A DNA stretch of 63,387 nucleotides, filler included, from Rhabdomonas costata (Eukaryota): the NCBI GenBank assembly GCA_019059605.1. It is 46 parts of 46 records of this genome, joined end to end, with 100 filler letters (N's around TTAATTAATTAA, not from the genome) between each part and the next. Parts side by side here need not be neighbours in the genome. Positions count along the whole stretch, not along the records: positions 24,843 to 26,122 come from JAHMHO010020841.1; positions 26,223 to 27,501 come from JAHMHO010020842.1; positions 27,602 to 28,881 come from JAHMHO010020843.1; positions 28,982 to 30,261 come from JAHMHO010020844.1; positions 30,362 to 31,655 come from JAHMHO010020845.1; positions 31,756 to 33,034 come from JAHMHO010020846.1; positions 33,135 to 34,414 come from JAHMHO010020847.1; positions 34,515 to 35,795 come from JAHMHO010020848.1; 38 more parts are not named here. One strand, 5' to 3'. Shown here piece after piece: positions 25,047 to 37,624 of this stretch (its first letter is position 1; each line of letters begins with the position of its first letter). A program made the position numbers and the translations under genes. The notes beneath the pieces were generated by a model. The model was not told the DNA's origin and ran no database searches. It saw nothing but the letters and a program-made list of their open reading frames with translations.

Positions 25047-25595
25047 GGAGCATGACTCCCGAGGGAACCGTGCAGGTCGACGCCAAGGCCAACTTGTGGG
25101 GGGCTGGCCTGTCCTCCCCTCCTGGCTCGGGCCCAGGCATCCTACCGCTTGCTGTGGCAGTTGGGAGCCGTGACCAGATTACGTTCTCCGCTACGGGCAC
25201 GATCAAGCACGTGAACAACGGCCCTGATATCTCCCCTGACGGGTTCGTGGCCAACAATTTCGCGATTACTGCCACGGGCAAGATTTCTGGGTACATCGCG
25301 CCCAAAGCTCTGAATCTGGTTGGCGTTTTTATGGGAAGCGACACCATGATCCCGACCCCGATAGATTTCCAGACCCTAGGGCTCAGCTTTACCGAGCTCA
25401 GGCCGGCGCTCAACCAGGTGTTCTTCATCGGTGATGGGTGGACGGGCTCTGGAGCCGGCTCTGGCACCCAGCAGGTCTTCTATGTTCCCATTGGAGCCAC
25501 AACACTTTATCTGGGGATTTCCGACTCCTGTTTCAGCAATGGCCCTCCAGGTTGCTACAGCGACAACACCAACTTTTTCTCAGTGCAGATGTCCG
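25047..25595 (+). CDS. 549-nt phase 1-1 exon encoding a bacterial-like beta-rich extracellular domain
   Basis: VDAKANLWGAG...LVGVF...LNQVFFIGDG.TG.G.G.G.QQVFYVP.GAT.LYLG..D...PGCY.DN, bounded by tgcag| and |gtacgc. Confidence 0.75.
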
Positions 25596-25945
25596 GTACG
25601 CGATGCTGCTGCGCCCCCAGTCATTTCTACTCTTTTCAGGGCGTTCTCGAGAGTGCTTGCGGTTTCGGTTGGCTTTCTATTCTCGTTCCTTGCGTCTCCA
25701 GCAAAAGAGTCTCTGGGCCTCTTTGCTGCGCTCCGTCACGTCAGGTTCTGGACCCCTCATAAAGAAAACCAGTCCCATTCACAGGACGGACTGCGCGTAT
25801 CCCCGTAGAGTACTTTGGATACTCAGGAGCAGTCTTTCAGGCGCGGCGGCTTTTTCTCCGCCTTTTGGATTTTCCAATGCTTCAGATGAAATGCCTCCCC
25901 TCTTCCACCCCCACCTCCAGCCGCGGTCATAGCGGCACGTTTTTG

Positions 25946-26037
25946 GTGCACGAAAATTGCAGTTCTGGGTCACCTTTTTGCTCTTACGATACCATGTAAA
26001 CGCAAAAAGGTGACCCAGAACTGCAATTTTCGTGCAC
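25946..26037. repeat. Long inverted repeat (hairpin D): 36-bp perfect stem 25946-25981/26002-26037
   Basis: Exact reverse-complement arms; 20-nt loop. Confidence 0.97.
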
Positions 26038-29000
26038 AAAAACCACAGACCCGACCATCTAGGACAGCTGAAAAGATAATAAAAAAAATAAAAATATTAG
26101 CCAGAAAAAATCTGCAATGAGTNNNNNNNNNNNNNNNNNNNNNNNNNNNNNNNNNNNNNNNNNNNNTTAATTAATTAANNNNNNNNNNNNNNNNNNNNNN
26201 NNNNNNNNNNNNNNNNNNNNNNGGGGGGGGGGTTAAAAACCCGGAAGCTTCTTCCGTTTCTTCTTGGGCTTCCTCGGGGGTTGCTGGGACGGTGCTGTGG
26301 ACAGAGCGGCAGTATCCGTGGCCACGGGATGGGTACTCACGGAGCCTCGTCTGCGCTTCATTCGGAGTTTCGGAGGAGGTGGGTCCATTGTGCCACCAAT
26401 CCTCCCCCCCCTCCAGAGTAGAGAGAGCAATGCTGCGAAGGAGACACAAAGAGATACATTGCTCTGCAAACTAAAATACTCATGGTTTCTGTGCCAGTGA
26501 ATATAAGGCAAATGCGGGGGAGCCACGAATTATACCCTTTGAATGTTTTTGACTTTCACCTTATGTCAGGACCGTTGTTGTGCATCTTGATAGCATCCTT
26601 GAGAATTTGGGAGGTCTTGTAGAGCACTTGCAGGTCTTGCTGGGCTGACAAAACGAGAAATCGATGGTATGCACTGCCTGGAGGCATCGCAACAACTGAT
26701 TTGTGTATGGCCACAACATACAGCACAACACGACAACAAGTGTGGTGAAAGTCGCGCTAGGCAGGACGAAGGGAATTCGGCTATCCAGCTATGTGCTGGA
26801 TACAATCTGATGTAAAGCTGTAACCCATCATCTGTCGTCCAATCCCCTCCATCTCTCTCCCAGTGAACAGATAATGATGCACATTTTGCTTTCGGTGTAC
26901 AAACCATTGCCACAGCGCAGCAGCAGTGGTGAGCTGGGCAGGTGCACCGACGAACAGAGAGCCGCAATGGAGCTGAGGGTAGCATACCTACGAAGCTATG
27001 GAAGATGCCAAAGTGCAAAGTGCTTCTGGCAAAGCAAGGCAACCCAACACAACACAAAAAGAGAAGTACAGTCGAACCGATTGGAAAAACAAAGGCCCCG
27101 AGCCGAAGTGGCCCCAAGCTGAGCTCGATGAAGGATTATGGGGACTGGGCTGCGGGTATATATTGAAGGGAGAAGCAAAGCCAAACACAAGCACAAAAAC
27201 ACAAAATCAAAGAAACAAACAAACTCGCGGAAAACCCCGACTAGCTTCGCCCCTTTCCTCCAGAGAAACCCCGGAGGATGAGCAAAGAGATGGGCATGCA
27301 GAACGTTTGAATCACAAAGATCAGAGAGACCACCAGCACGTAGACGAATACATCACCTGAATCCAAGAGAAGTGCTGTGGACAACAACAGCAATGTGGGA
27401 AATGAGACGAAATCCACAAACCAGTCATTGCATCCATTTGTAGCGGTTCATCATGGTATGGTAGCACAATGGACCGAAAAAGAATAATGAGCCAAAAACC
27501 CNNNNNNNNNNNNNNNNNNNNNNNNNNNNNNNNNNNNNNNNNNNNTTAATTAATTAANNNNNNNNNNNNNNNNNNNNNNNNNNNNNNNNNNNNNNNNNNN
27601 NCCACTTCTGGAGAGCCACTTGGTTTAAGGAAAGTCTGGAAGCACCTTCTCAACAAGCCACTGGCGCGGGAGACCACAGTGCTCGCAAAGATCAGCCCAG
27701 TAGCAGCAACCCCAACCGTAAACGTGCCATTTCATCCCGTTACAATTAACCGCAAATAATGAACCAGCTGCACACCATCGTGCTGGTAAATGCATCGTCG
27801 CATGTCCCTGCATTTCCAATTCTAGGGTGTTGTGTATCATTTACGTGAGGTAAATGAACCGTGGAAAATAACCAACCATGGTGGGGATGAGCACTTAAAT
27901 ACTAAAACAAATGGTTTCGAGTTTAGATGGGCTGACATTGAATGTCAAGGCCAAAAAACGTAGGCAACGCGAACCAACGTTAGCGCTGGTGAGCGTTTTC
28001 TTTCAACTCCCGAACATAATTCTACTTCCCTTTTTATAATGAGTTGATCTCTTCAACTTTAGGGCAACTTCGGTTACCGTCCGAACTTTGGCGGTTAAAA
28101 ACACGGGTTCAGTTGGGTGCCGTTTTGTGTCTCTTGGGGAACGACCATTTGCCCAAAACTTTGCTTTTGAACTGGAACTAGCGCCTTTGTTCGCGGTGCA
28201 GGTGCAAGGCTTTTTCAGGCGGACAAAGTGGAAGCTTCGAAACTTTGGAATTTCGGGGGAAACCACAGCTCCAAAGCTTGCCTTGGGTCCTGGCAACCCC
28301 GGCCCCCAATCACTGCGAGCTTATTAAAAACGGACGGCACTCCCAAGCGCAAACCTGTGGGATTATTCAACATACGAAACAGAGGTGGGCGGCAGAAAAA
28401 AAAGACGCCACGTTTGGGAGTGAGCGGGCGTTTAAAACTGCAAACACACGGAGCTCACAGAGGATTTGGTGGTGAGTTGCTCTAACGCGCCCACAAGGCA
28501 CTCGGCTGGCCACGACGGGACGGGACGTCGACAACTTCCAGCAGGTGTGTGTGCCCGCTTGACCGGGAAAGGTGTGTGGGGGAGGGGGGGGATGGCAGCC
28601 AGTGGCTTCATACCGCGCAACTCCCGCAAGACGTGTTTTGGTGTCAAACGTCGAATGTCGCTCCTAGTCGGGCAAGCCAGGCCTAAAGCGTGTGGCCACA
28701 GTGCCCACAGTTCGAACCTTTACCTGTACCGCTCATTTTACCCCTACAACAAGGGGCACGGTGTACCCCTACCCCAACAACTCCCGCACGCCTTCTCAAG
28801 GTGAGGCGGGTCCAAGAAAATCACACCAAAAATAAACAAGCGCACAAAGCTCAACCCCACCCCCCCCAAACACACCAACACNNNNNNNNNNNNNNNNNNN
28901 NNNNNNNNNNNNNNNNNNNNNNNNNTTAATTAATTAANNNNNNNNNNNNNNNNNNNNNNNNNNNNNNNNNNNNNNNNNNNNGTGTTGGTGGTGGAGAAGA

Positions 29001-32000
29001 TGGTGCTCAAGGAGAGAAGAAGTGATCTGACGATGACAAAACGGAGAGTACCCCCTCGGCGTTCCGTCAAGGGGGTAGGGCCAGAGTGAGACAGCCAAAG
29101 CGAGTAGACCGACGCCCCCAGAATCACCCATGCAATGACGGCCGCAGCCGCAAAGGTGATATCGGGGCAAGCATCCGGGCTGGGACGCATGTTCAGAGAT
29201 GGGCTGAATGAAGAGAAGAGCTTGAGGTCGAGCGGGCTCAGGGAAGGGACGGTGAGCACATGCACACCAGGCCGGATGCAGAGGAATGGTTAGAATGGAG
29301 CGTGAGATGGAGAAAACCACACATCCCGCTGTGGGGGCAGGCTGGATCAGGCGAGAAAAGGAGGCCCCAAGAAGTGGCGAGTGGCAGCGAGGAGCAGAAA
29401 GCCTGCGGTGGGACAGGAGCAGCCCGGGTCAGCACGAGAGAAGGGGAGAATGGCAGGAGAAGTGGTAGACCAGAGAGGGAGTGAGGAAGCAATACGGAGG
29501 GCCCACAAGGCACGAAGGGATGCCCGGGCAAGCGGAGAGTGGAGAGAAGTGAGGTTCCGATGGCAGCAGGGACAGAGTAAGGTAACCATGCCCATGCCCG
29601 TTCACCAGGAAAGCAGCTCTAAGCCCGGAGTGGGATGGAGGACCCAAGCCCACAAGTGCAATAGCGCCCAAAGGGAAGTTTACAAGCGCGGAAGGTTGGG
29701 TACCCACAAACAGATCTCTAAACGCGCCAATCGGGGTTCCCAAGGCCCCGCGTACACTGTGGAGTGGGAGTCACATGGGGTAAGTCAACCCTACGTGACA
29801 AGACAGCGGGACAAGGCAGCATGGGCCGACAAGGGTGTGAGGCCCAAGCCCCATCGAAAGGTGGGAGCCCAGGGGGGAAGTGGACCTCGAGTCCTCCCCA
29901 GAAAAAATTCATACTTACCAAGCGCAACAAGTGTGTGTGTGTATGTGTGTTCGTGTGGGCATTGCTTTATCCGAAATAAATCGCTGTTAAAAAAGTCCTC
30001 AGAACCCGTCCCCAAAAGACAACGAGGCAACCTCGGTGGATTTCTGACCATTTGGGGTTCACACAAAAGAAGACGGATTTGGTGTCACTGGGTTCCGCCG
30101 AGCTGCGCTGAAATTCAGTTTCAGGATTCAGGAGGCCTTGGGCGTACTAACAGACCATGCAATGGATCGGGATGAATGCTCACTTGGGTTTGACCCCCCC
30201 CCCCTGCAGTCCTGCACTCCCAATCAGCCATCACACACACATACCTAGTTCCACCAAAAAANNNNNNNNNNNNNNNNNNNNNNNNNNNNNNNNNNNNNNN
30301 NNNNNTTAATTAATTAANNNNNNNNNNNNNNNNNNNNNNNNNNNNNNNNNNNNNNNNNNNNTTCATCTCCATGGATGTATCGTCCTCCGTGTGGGTCCCT
30401 TCCTAGGCGGGGGTTCGGGATGCAGGTGGGTTCAGCGCATTCACCATTCGAAGTCAAATGGTCTGTGTAACACTTGCGGGGGAAGGGGCTCGGTGATCTG
30501 GTATTCCTTTTCCGCCCCTACGTTGAAAGTGTCGTCTCAGGTGGTGGTGGTTTGGGTACAGATGGGTGGTCTTCACGGTGTGCTTCTTCGATTTGCCACT
30601 GTTCTAGTGCCGCCTGGTTGTGAGGTAGAAGCTCCAGAGAAGAGGGTGGGACATCGTCTGAACTGGTGATCTTTGGTGTGAGGACGTGGTGGGCATGGCC
30701 TGCTGTTGATGTTGATTTTGCTCCGGCAAGAAGTGGGGTGTGGAATGGGGCGCCGAGTGATGCGCTCACTCACAGCTTGGCGTGGTCTGACTTCATTGGT
30801 GGGATTTGTCGGAAATCTGCTTCGACGTGTTGGCGTGGCTCAGCGTAGTTGGGGTCCCGCTGGTTGATGTGGTCGATTAACCGGTTATCCAACAAAATAC
30901 GATACGCCGGGAAGTCGAGTGTACAACGCATGTGGGTTAAACCACAATTTCTGCGCGCGGGGGGTCGGATCAAGCTGGGCCATAGTGTCTATAACGGCGC
31001 TGGCCGTCCTGGAAGCTGACGCAGGGTTCTCCACGGAGATGGCTCGATCGAAGCGGTTCTTTCCTGAGGTAGGGTGCAAATGCTCGTTTCGCTGGCTACT
31101 CTAAAGGCGCCGGCCACAGGAATTGTGACTGCCATTGCGGCTTGGGGTGTAAGTCCGTTCGTGCGATGGAACGCTGCAAAGCATGCTACCCCACTCGGCG
31201 CGCAGTAATGGCGCGCAGGGTAGGTTGTAGTAGTGTACTGATCAGATTCAGCTGAAAAATCAGGTCCGTTGGGTGACGGCGTGGCTGATTGGGGCGGGCT
31301 GCTGAACACGGGTCATCGACGGCGACTGGTGAAGGATTTTCCGTCTTTGTTATTCGTAACGGCCGCCTCCAACATGAACTATGAAGGAGATGGTCGCACT
31401 ACACTTTTCCCACCTGACAAACCGAAGTCTCCGTCCCGAAGGTTTAGCACAAGCACCGCCGGATGAACGCTCCAACGGCCGACGGCCGACGCCCGAAGTC
31501 CACATCAGCAACCTGGAAGCCAACCTAACCCTGAAAGGAACTAGTTCGGCCGATAGGCTACGTCCACGATGGAATTGGTAACCACGACCCTCTTCTGACC
31601 GACGTCCGTTGCGCTAACCTTTATATCATTTCCGTCCCCGCGACTCCCACACCCCNNNNNNNNNNNNNNNNNNNNNNNNNNNNNNNNNNNNNNNNNNNNT
31701 TAATTAATTAANNNNNNNNNNNNNNNNNNNNNNNNNNNNNNNNNNNNNNNNNNNNTTGTTTTTGGACCCAAGGGTAGAGCCCAGTAATACTTCACGCAGG
31801 CATCGGAGTGGGCTGGAATGCTTCGGTTTACAGCTGCCGTTGTACGGTTCTTTTTCTTGCCTTTTTACTTTGGAATTGTTATTATTAGTGTGCATATCGG
31901 CCTGTATACTGAGCTTAATCTTGGTCGGTGCTATACGCCGCAGGCACCGTTCCCGTGCTGCTTCTATGGCCTCCTTCTTCGAAATCTTAGCCAGTCCCTC

Positions 32001-32124
32001 TTGCCGTCAAGTCCTGTAGCATAAGATTTTACCAGCAATAGTGATCAACGAGAAGAACTCAGGAAAGGTTTTTCTTAGCCAACGACCACATAACTTCATC
32101 ATTGAGATTCGGCTCCCCTCCTCC

Positions 32125-32174
32125 TAACCTACAGTAGTCCTTCCACAACTAACCTATAGTAGTCCTTCCACAAT
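32125..32174 (+). repeat. Tandem duplication of a ~25-bp unit
   Basis: taacctacagtagtccttccacaac followed by taacctatagtagtccttccacaa. Confidence 0.8.
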
Positions 32175-33298
32175 TACCTAGACATACTCAAAATATTCAG
32201 AACATTGGGCGAAGTGCAAATGTAGTATCGAAACCACGCAGCCCCAGTTGTGGTGAAATTTCTGTAGGGCGAAGAGCAAGAGCTTCAAAGGTCACCAGTT
32301 TATGGCCAAGCCTGATGGGGAGTGCAAGGATTCTGGCCCGGCGCCCAAGGAAGCCAAGGCGGCGGCCCACTGAAGCAGTTGTGCATCACCACTGGGCACC
32401 TTCCCCGGCAAGGCTCAGTGTAGCAGCGAAGATCCCCTTTGTTCCCTCCTTTGTAGGGTACAAGGGAGAGAGGCTGCGATCGTGTGTGGGGGTTTGATTT
32501 CATCGGCTCCTCACTTGTGTATCATCCCCTTCCCTTTGTTGTACCACAACTATTTCGGGGAAGCAACATTATGGTTCTGTTGCTGTTGTGCATCTTTTTG
32601 TGCTACGCAGGAGGACGTGCGCCCTATGTGCTAAACTGAATGCTTGCATTCCGTATGTTTGGAACCCCGAAGCTATACTTTACCAGGACTTTCGAAAAGA
32701 GCGTCCTGCTTTCCACAGAACCAACCGACCAGAAACGGGTTCGTTCAGCCAAAGTAAAAGTTAACGATGATTACCACGCGCCTGGTATAGGAAGTACAAT
32801 ATTTGAAGCGCCATGCTTGGAATGAAGTTCACGGTCGAACGCACTTGCCCTCCCCCCATGCACCTCGACAATGCGGGTTCCATGCGGGTTCATCCGATGT
32901 TTGGATATGCAGGTGCACACTCTTCGTGACAGGTTCATCAATGTAAGGCCCCTGCAGATGCCACCTCATCCATTGCACCAAAATTTCAGCAAGCAGCACT
33001 TTTGCTCCGCATCTTTCACCCGAAACAGCCCCCTNNNNNNNNNNNNNNNNNNNNNNNNNNNNNNNNNNNNNNNNNNNNTTAATTAATTAANNNNNNNNNN
33101 NNNNNNNNNNNNNNNNNNNNNNNNNNNNNNNNNNGGTTGGTTGGAACCTAAATCTCTCGTCCCTCTTTGTAGAGAACGCCCCACATCCCTGGAATACGGA
33201 AGGTTCCTACAAAAGAACCCGTCCTGTTAAGATTTTTTTTCGTCTTGCAAAATATCGCTTTGCATTTAACGAAGTCACCAAGATGCAGAAAACGAGAC

Positions 33299-34250
33299 CT
33301 CCAGACTCGGCCGAATCTGATGGTAGACCTCCTCGCTGCTTAGCTTCACCACTGCCTGCTCCGTGCCCCGGGGCTCGGCAACCCATCGCTGCGCCACAGC
33401 CCTCGCACTGAGCAGCGCAACACGCAGGCTCATGCAGTGTGGCCACACCGCGGAAACGGTAAGCCGGGCGACGGCCTCTGTGACCTCTGCGGATTTCCTC
33501 AAGGCAGGAAAGCAGACTGAAAGGTCTTGAGTGACCAGAGTGGTGACTTCGGAAGGGGTGTAAGCGGGGAACGCAATGCTGGGCCAGGTACAGGGGGAGC
33601 CGCGGGGGAACAGGAGTTGGCTGCAAAGAGAGTCCCAAGACGTCGAAAAGAGTCCCAAAAGGAAAAGCACGGTTATCCACTTGACAGAGAAGGAATACGG
33701 AGAGTAATGGAACTGGTCTAGAACAAAGAATGCGCGTGGGCGAAGGTGAAGTGCAGTATTTAAGCGTCGGGAATTTCTCACGGTGGTGAAGTCCACACAC
33801 AGTTACGTTGCGCGGCAATGGGTGAGTTGGTACTTTCCTCTTTTGACCGATCCCACGGAGGCCCACGACTGTCATCGGTCTCGGAGCGATCAGAGCTCGG
33901 ACTGAGCGAAATCGTCCCTGAGCGAGTTGGGGATTGCTCCCGTCACAAACCCGTCTTGCCACATGAATGTATACACTGACATAGCTGCATCATCCACCAG
34001 GTGGTTTTCTTACATTTCCATTCCCAGAGAGCGTGCGGACGAGTCCGTGGAAGGGAATAAACAAAACTGGTGCTCAGAGAGGACACATCTGCCTGCGGAT
34101 GAACCCACAAACCTCAGGGCAGCGGGGCAGATACGGTTGATCATCACCACGCACAAAGGCATCTGTGGGTCCCCCTCTATTCGCCACAGATCACGGTGGT
34201 GGTGAAGTTGACGCAGCTCCAAGAGCACATCCAGGGTTGCCCCACTCAGC
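33299..34250 (-). CDS. ORC5-like (ORC/CDC6 AAA+) fragment (exons 34250-34113, 33620-33299)
   Basis: RLSGATLDVLLELRQL...LCVVMIN, SIAFPAYTPSEVTTLV (I.F..YT..E), VWPHCMSLR...EVYHQIRPSLE resemble the ORC5 core and lid; phase-2 GT-AG junction is consistent. Confidence 0.5.
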
Positions 34251-34876
34251 CTATGCACAGGTAAACCAGTCCAGCAGGTAATCTTTCCAATGACAGCAGC
34301 GCGAGCAACACTCTTGGAACTACGAGCGTTCTTTCTTTGTGAAGGCTAGCCTTGCTTTCGCCTCAGCAAAACCAAGGGGGAAAAGGACTCTGTCAAAAAA
34401 ACACACCAAAAACANNNNNNNNNNNNNNNNNNNNNNNNNNNNNNNNNNNNNNNNNNNNTTAATTAATTAANNNNNNNNNNNNNNNNNNNNNNNNNNNNNN
34501 NNNNNNNNNNNNNNGGGGTTGGGGGAGGTCGTAGTTTACAACAATGCTGACGTGCTGCACATCGATCCCCCTGCGCACAAAACATAGCGCGCGTCAACAT
34601 GTGATAACTGAGCTGAGAGGAACACAAGATGCACGGACGCACTTTAGTAAAAGGGAAAGCAAATGTCTACAGCCCCTAAGTAGTCAAAAAAAAAGAGCGC
34701 CCCCCACACCATTACGTCGAGACATGTTCAGCCACAGCTATTAACTAACAAGGCCCTCCCCCACATCGGGTGGGCCAGCCACCTTTTCGCTTAAGTCGCA
34801 CACATGCGCAGACACCAAACTCTGCATATACGGCGGTACGGCGGCGCACAACAAATCAACACTCACAGTCACAAAC

Positions 34877-35178
34877 CGAGCAAGTAGATCGGTGGTGATC
34901 AGCACGCGAGAGCTTCCGGAGCGAAACGTGGCCATGACCTTCTCCCGCTCACCCTTCCCCATGTCCGCATGCTGCAAATCGAATCGCAAGTCATCACACA
35001 ACTCGCTCAGCACCCAAGACAGAGAGCAGCCGTTGACAACCGCACCAATTCCAGAGGCGCAACAAAACGGGGTGGACCCCAGGGGAGACTCATTTTCGTG
35101 CCCGATTTGAAGGTTCTGCCCGTCTTATTGTGTGCAGTTGTCCTCCCTCTCTGGCTTGAACGCAAACTTCAACATAAC

Positions 35179-35215
<37 letters not shown>

Positions 35216-35795
35216 GCTCTTGAGCACAATTTTGATCATAATCTTCGGAAGGCACGCATTTGTAGTGGAATGCAACTGCTTCCAGCGACGGTGAGGTGAG
35301 CGCTGGGAGTACGCAGCTCAGCTTTCGACTGGTCATCCGAACACTCAGCTCTAATGAGACGGAAAGGCCCTGCTCACCAAGAAGGACACGGTGAAGTCCT
35401 TCTTGTTCATCTGGTCAGTGAGCCAGTCCACTGTTCTGCGGGTGTTGCAGAAAATCACGGATTGCGCAATGGAGAAGCTCTCGTACAGGTCCATCAGTGT
35501 ATCGAGCTTGAAGTGCTCCTCCAGGGCGATGTAGAACTGCTTAATGCCCCTGAGGGTCAGCGCCTCCTGCAACACAAGCATAACCAGGCTGCCCCTCCTG
35601 CTCCCTCATAACCCAAGGTCGTTCGCCCCCAGACCACACCCCAGACCAGAGACCGAAACTTGACCTCTGAACTAGAGCCAGAGTGGTTGCAGCATGCCTT
35701 CTTCACGAGAATCTGAGTGGGACTCCGCATGAACTTCTGGGTCAAGTCCATCACTTCCTGAGGCATTGTTGCTGAAAACAGAGCGACCTGGATGT
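34877..35795 (-). CDS. EIF4A: DEAD-box RNA helicase eIF4A (exons 35795-35698, 35566-35378, 34971-34877)
   Basis: [49 protein letters not shown]...[17 protein letters not shown]. Confidence 0.97.
35182..35213. repeat. (AG)n microsatellite within an eIF4A intron
   Basis: About 16 AG units. Confidence 0.95.
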
Positions 35796-37006
35796 NNNNN
35801 NNNNNNNNNNNNNNNNNNNNNNNNNNNNNNNNNNNNNNNTTAATTAATTAANNNNNNNNNNNNNNNNNNNNNNNNNNNNNNNNNNNNNNNNNNNNTTGTG
35901 TGTGTGCCCAAACAGCGCTCTCGATTTCTGCACAACGGAAGCACGTTCTTTGACGTATTTTTGACCTCCTTCCCGCCAATTAATTGATATGCATCATCTC
36001 GTCAGGGTGAAGTATCGGATTGGTTGCTGGAGCAGAGCATCTCGTTTTCCCCTGAGCTCTTCCGAAAACTCATCTCAGGAGTACCACCATACCACCAAAT
36101 ATGACCCCCAACCCGACACTCTAGAGTTCTAAGGTCAATGTTGGGTCCGGTCCGGACCGGACCGGGAGTGAGTATGGCAGATGCCACCCAGCGAATAGGG
36201 CGAGATTTTGGACCGAATTAAGTGGTCCTAACCCCCCATTTCCGATGAGGCCCCCGACGATTCGTGAGGTTCCGGAGGCCGGCTGAAGAGGCTAGATAGG
36301 CCCACCTTGTAGAACCCCCAGACGAAAAGAGAAAGAACTGAAAAGAAAAGAGAAGGAAAAGAGAAAAGACAAAAGAGAAAAGAGAAAAGGAAATCAAAGT
36401 GCGGTGCGGAGCGGAAGGTGCAGTGGTAAATTTCCCTGCCTACCGACAGGTATTTGTTTCTTCGCCAGCTTACTGCTTACTTTGATTCGCTGTCACGTTT
36501 TTAATTCGATTTTTGAAGAAAGAAACTGACTGGGATGAAGTCAAAGGACACTGAGTGAGAGAAGGTCAGGCCGCAGCAGGCCTGGGGTCTTTTGTTTCCT
36601 CATCATGCATCTGGAAACAGAGCATGGCCGGTCCTTGGGTCCCTCTCCCGGTCCCCATCTCCAGCCAAACATAAACATTACCTGCACAGATAAAGTACCA
36701 GCAGAGCCTGCGTGGCGATAACCTGCACCCACACTAGAGGACGGGCCACCACATCAGCACCACGAAACAACACCTGCACGGAGCAAAAAAAAATATCAAC
36801 CCCACATCCCGCCCACCAGTCCACCCACGGCCTGTTTTCAAAAAAAAAAGAATTTGAATTTACCCCAACGTTTTTTGCCCATCAACTCGCACTGATTCAG
36901 GAGCACCTCGCAACCAACAAGCCCGACTGCAAAAGTCTTTTTCAAGTCGAATTGAAGTTCGAAAGCTCAGGGAGTGCTACAGGGCTCCACCGACAAACTC
37001 CAACCA

Positions 37007-37110
37007 CAATCAAGCAGAAGCGCACGCATACAAGCATGCCCGCAACCCAACCTTGGTGCAATCAAGCAGAAGCGCACGCATACAAGCATGCCCGCAACCG
37101 AACCTTGGTG
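37007..37110 (+). repeat. 52-bp tandem duplication (2 copies, 1 mismatch)
   Basis: caatcaagcagaagcgcacgcatacaagcatgcccgcaacc(c/g)aaccttggtg twice. Confidence 0.95.
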
Positions 37111-37282
37111 TGTGTGTGTGTGTGTGTAGTACTCAACCAATTGAGTACTACTTGAGGTATTAACCGCAGAATTGAANNNNNNNNNNNNNNNNNNNNNNNN
37201 NNNNNNNNNNNNNNNNNNNNTTAATTAATTAANNNNNNNNNNNNNNNNNNNNNNNNNNNNNNNNNNNNNNNNNNNNGGGTGG

Positions 37283-37624
37283 TGTGGGTAACGTTGACCA
37301 GAGCTCAGATTAGCGTCCTCTTCCGGGCATCTTCTCTTATACTTTTAGCATTCTACTACAAAAAAGTGAGGCTGAACGTACATTGGTGGTGCACAATGAA
37401 GGAGAGAGGACTTAAACCCGAAAACTCTTTTCTTTGGGATAAGGGTTTGATTCAAACCAGCGACTCACGTGCATGTGGAACGCATGTGGACGTTCGGGAA
37501 GCTACGGGAAGATGTGGGTAACGTTGACCAGAGCTCAGATTAGCGTCCTCTTCCGGGCATCTTCTCTTATACTTTTAGCATTCTACTACAAAAAAGTGAG
37601 GCTGAACGTACATTGGTGGTGCAC
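37283..37624 (+). repeat. Identical 112-bp direct repeat (37283-37394, 37513-37624)
   Basis: Base-for-base identical copies with 230-nt period. Confidence 0.97.

Noticed and set aside
29381-30175. Long GC-rich ORFs (for example 264 aa here, and 59554-60273)
   Set aside because: No recognisable motifs. Overlapping ORFs in several frames are expected at this GC content, although part of 59554-60273 may be a real exon.
30362-31655. Possible gag-like remnant on the minus strand (KCYTDH...C..C)
   Set aside because: No canonical CCHC spacing or capsid motif, and the frames are broken.
36240-36330. Hammerhead ribozyme (ccgatgag / ctgaagag)
   Set aside because: No stem II closed by GAAA and no consistent three-way junction.
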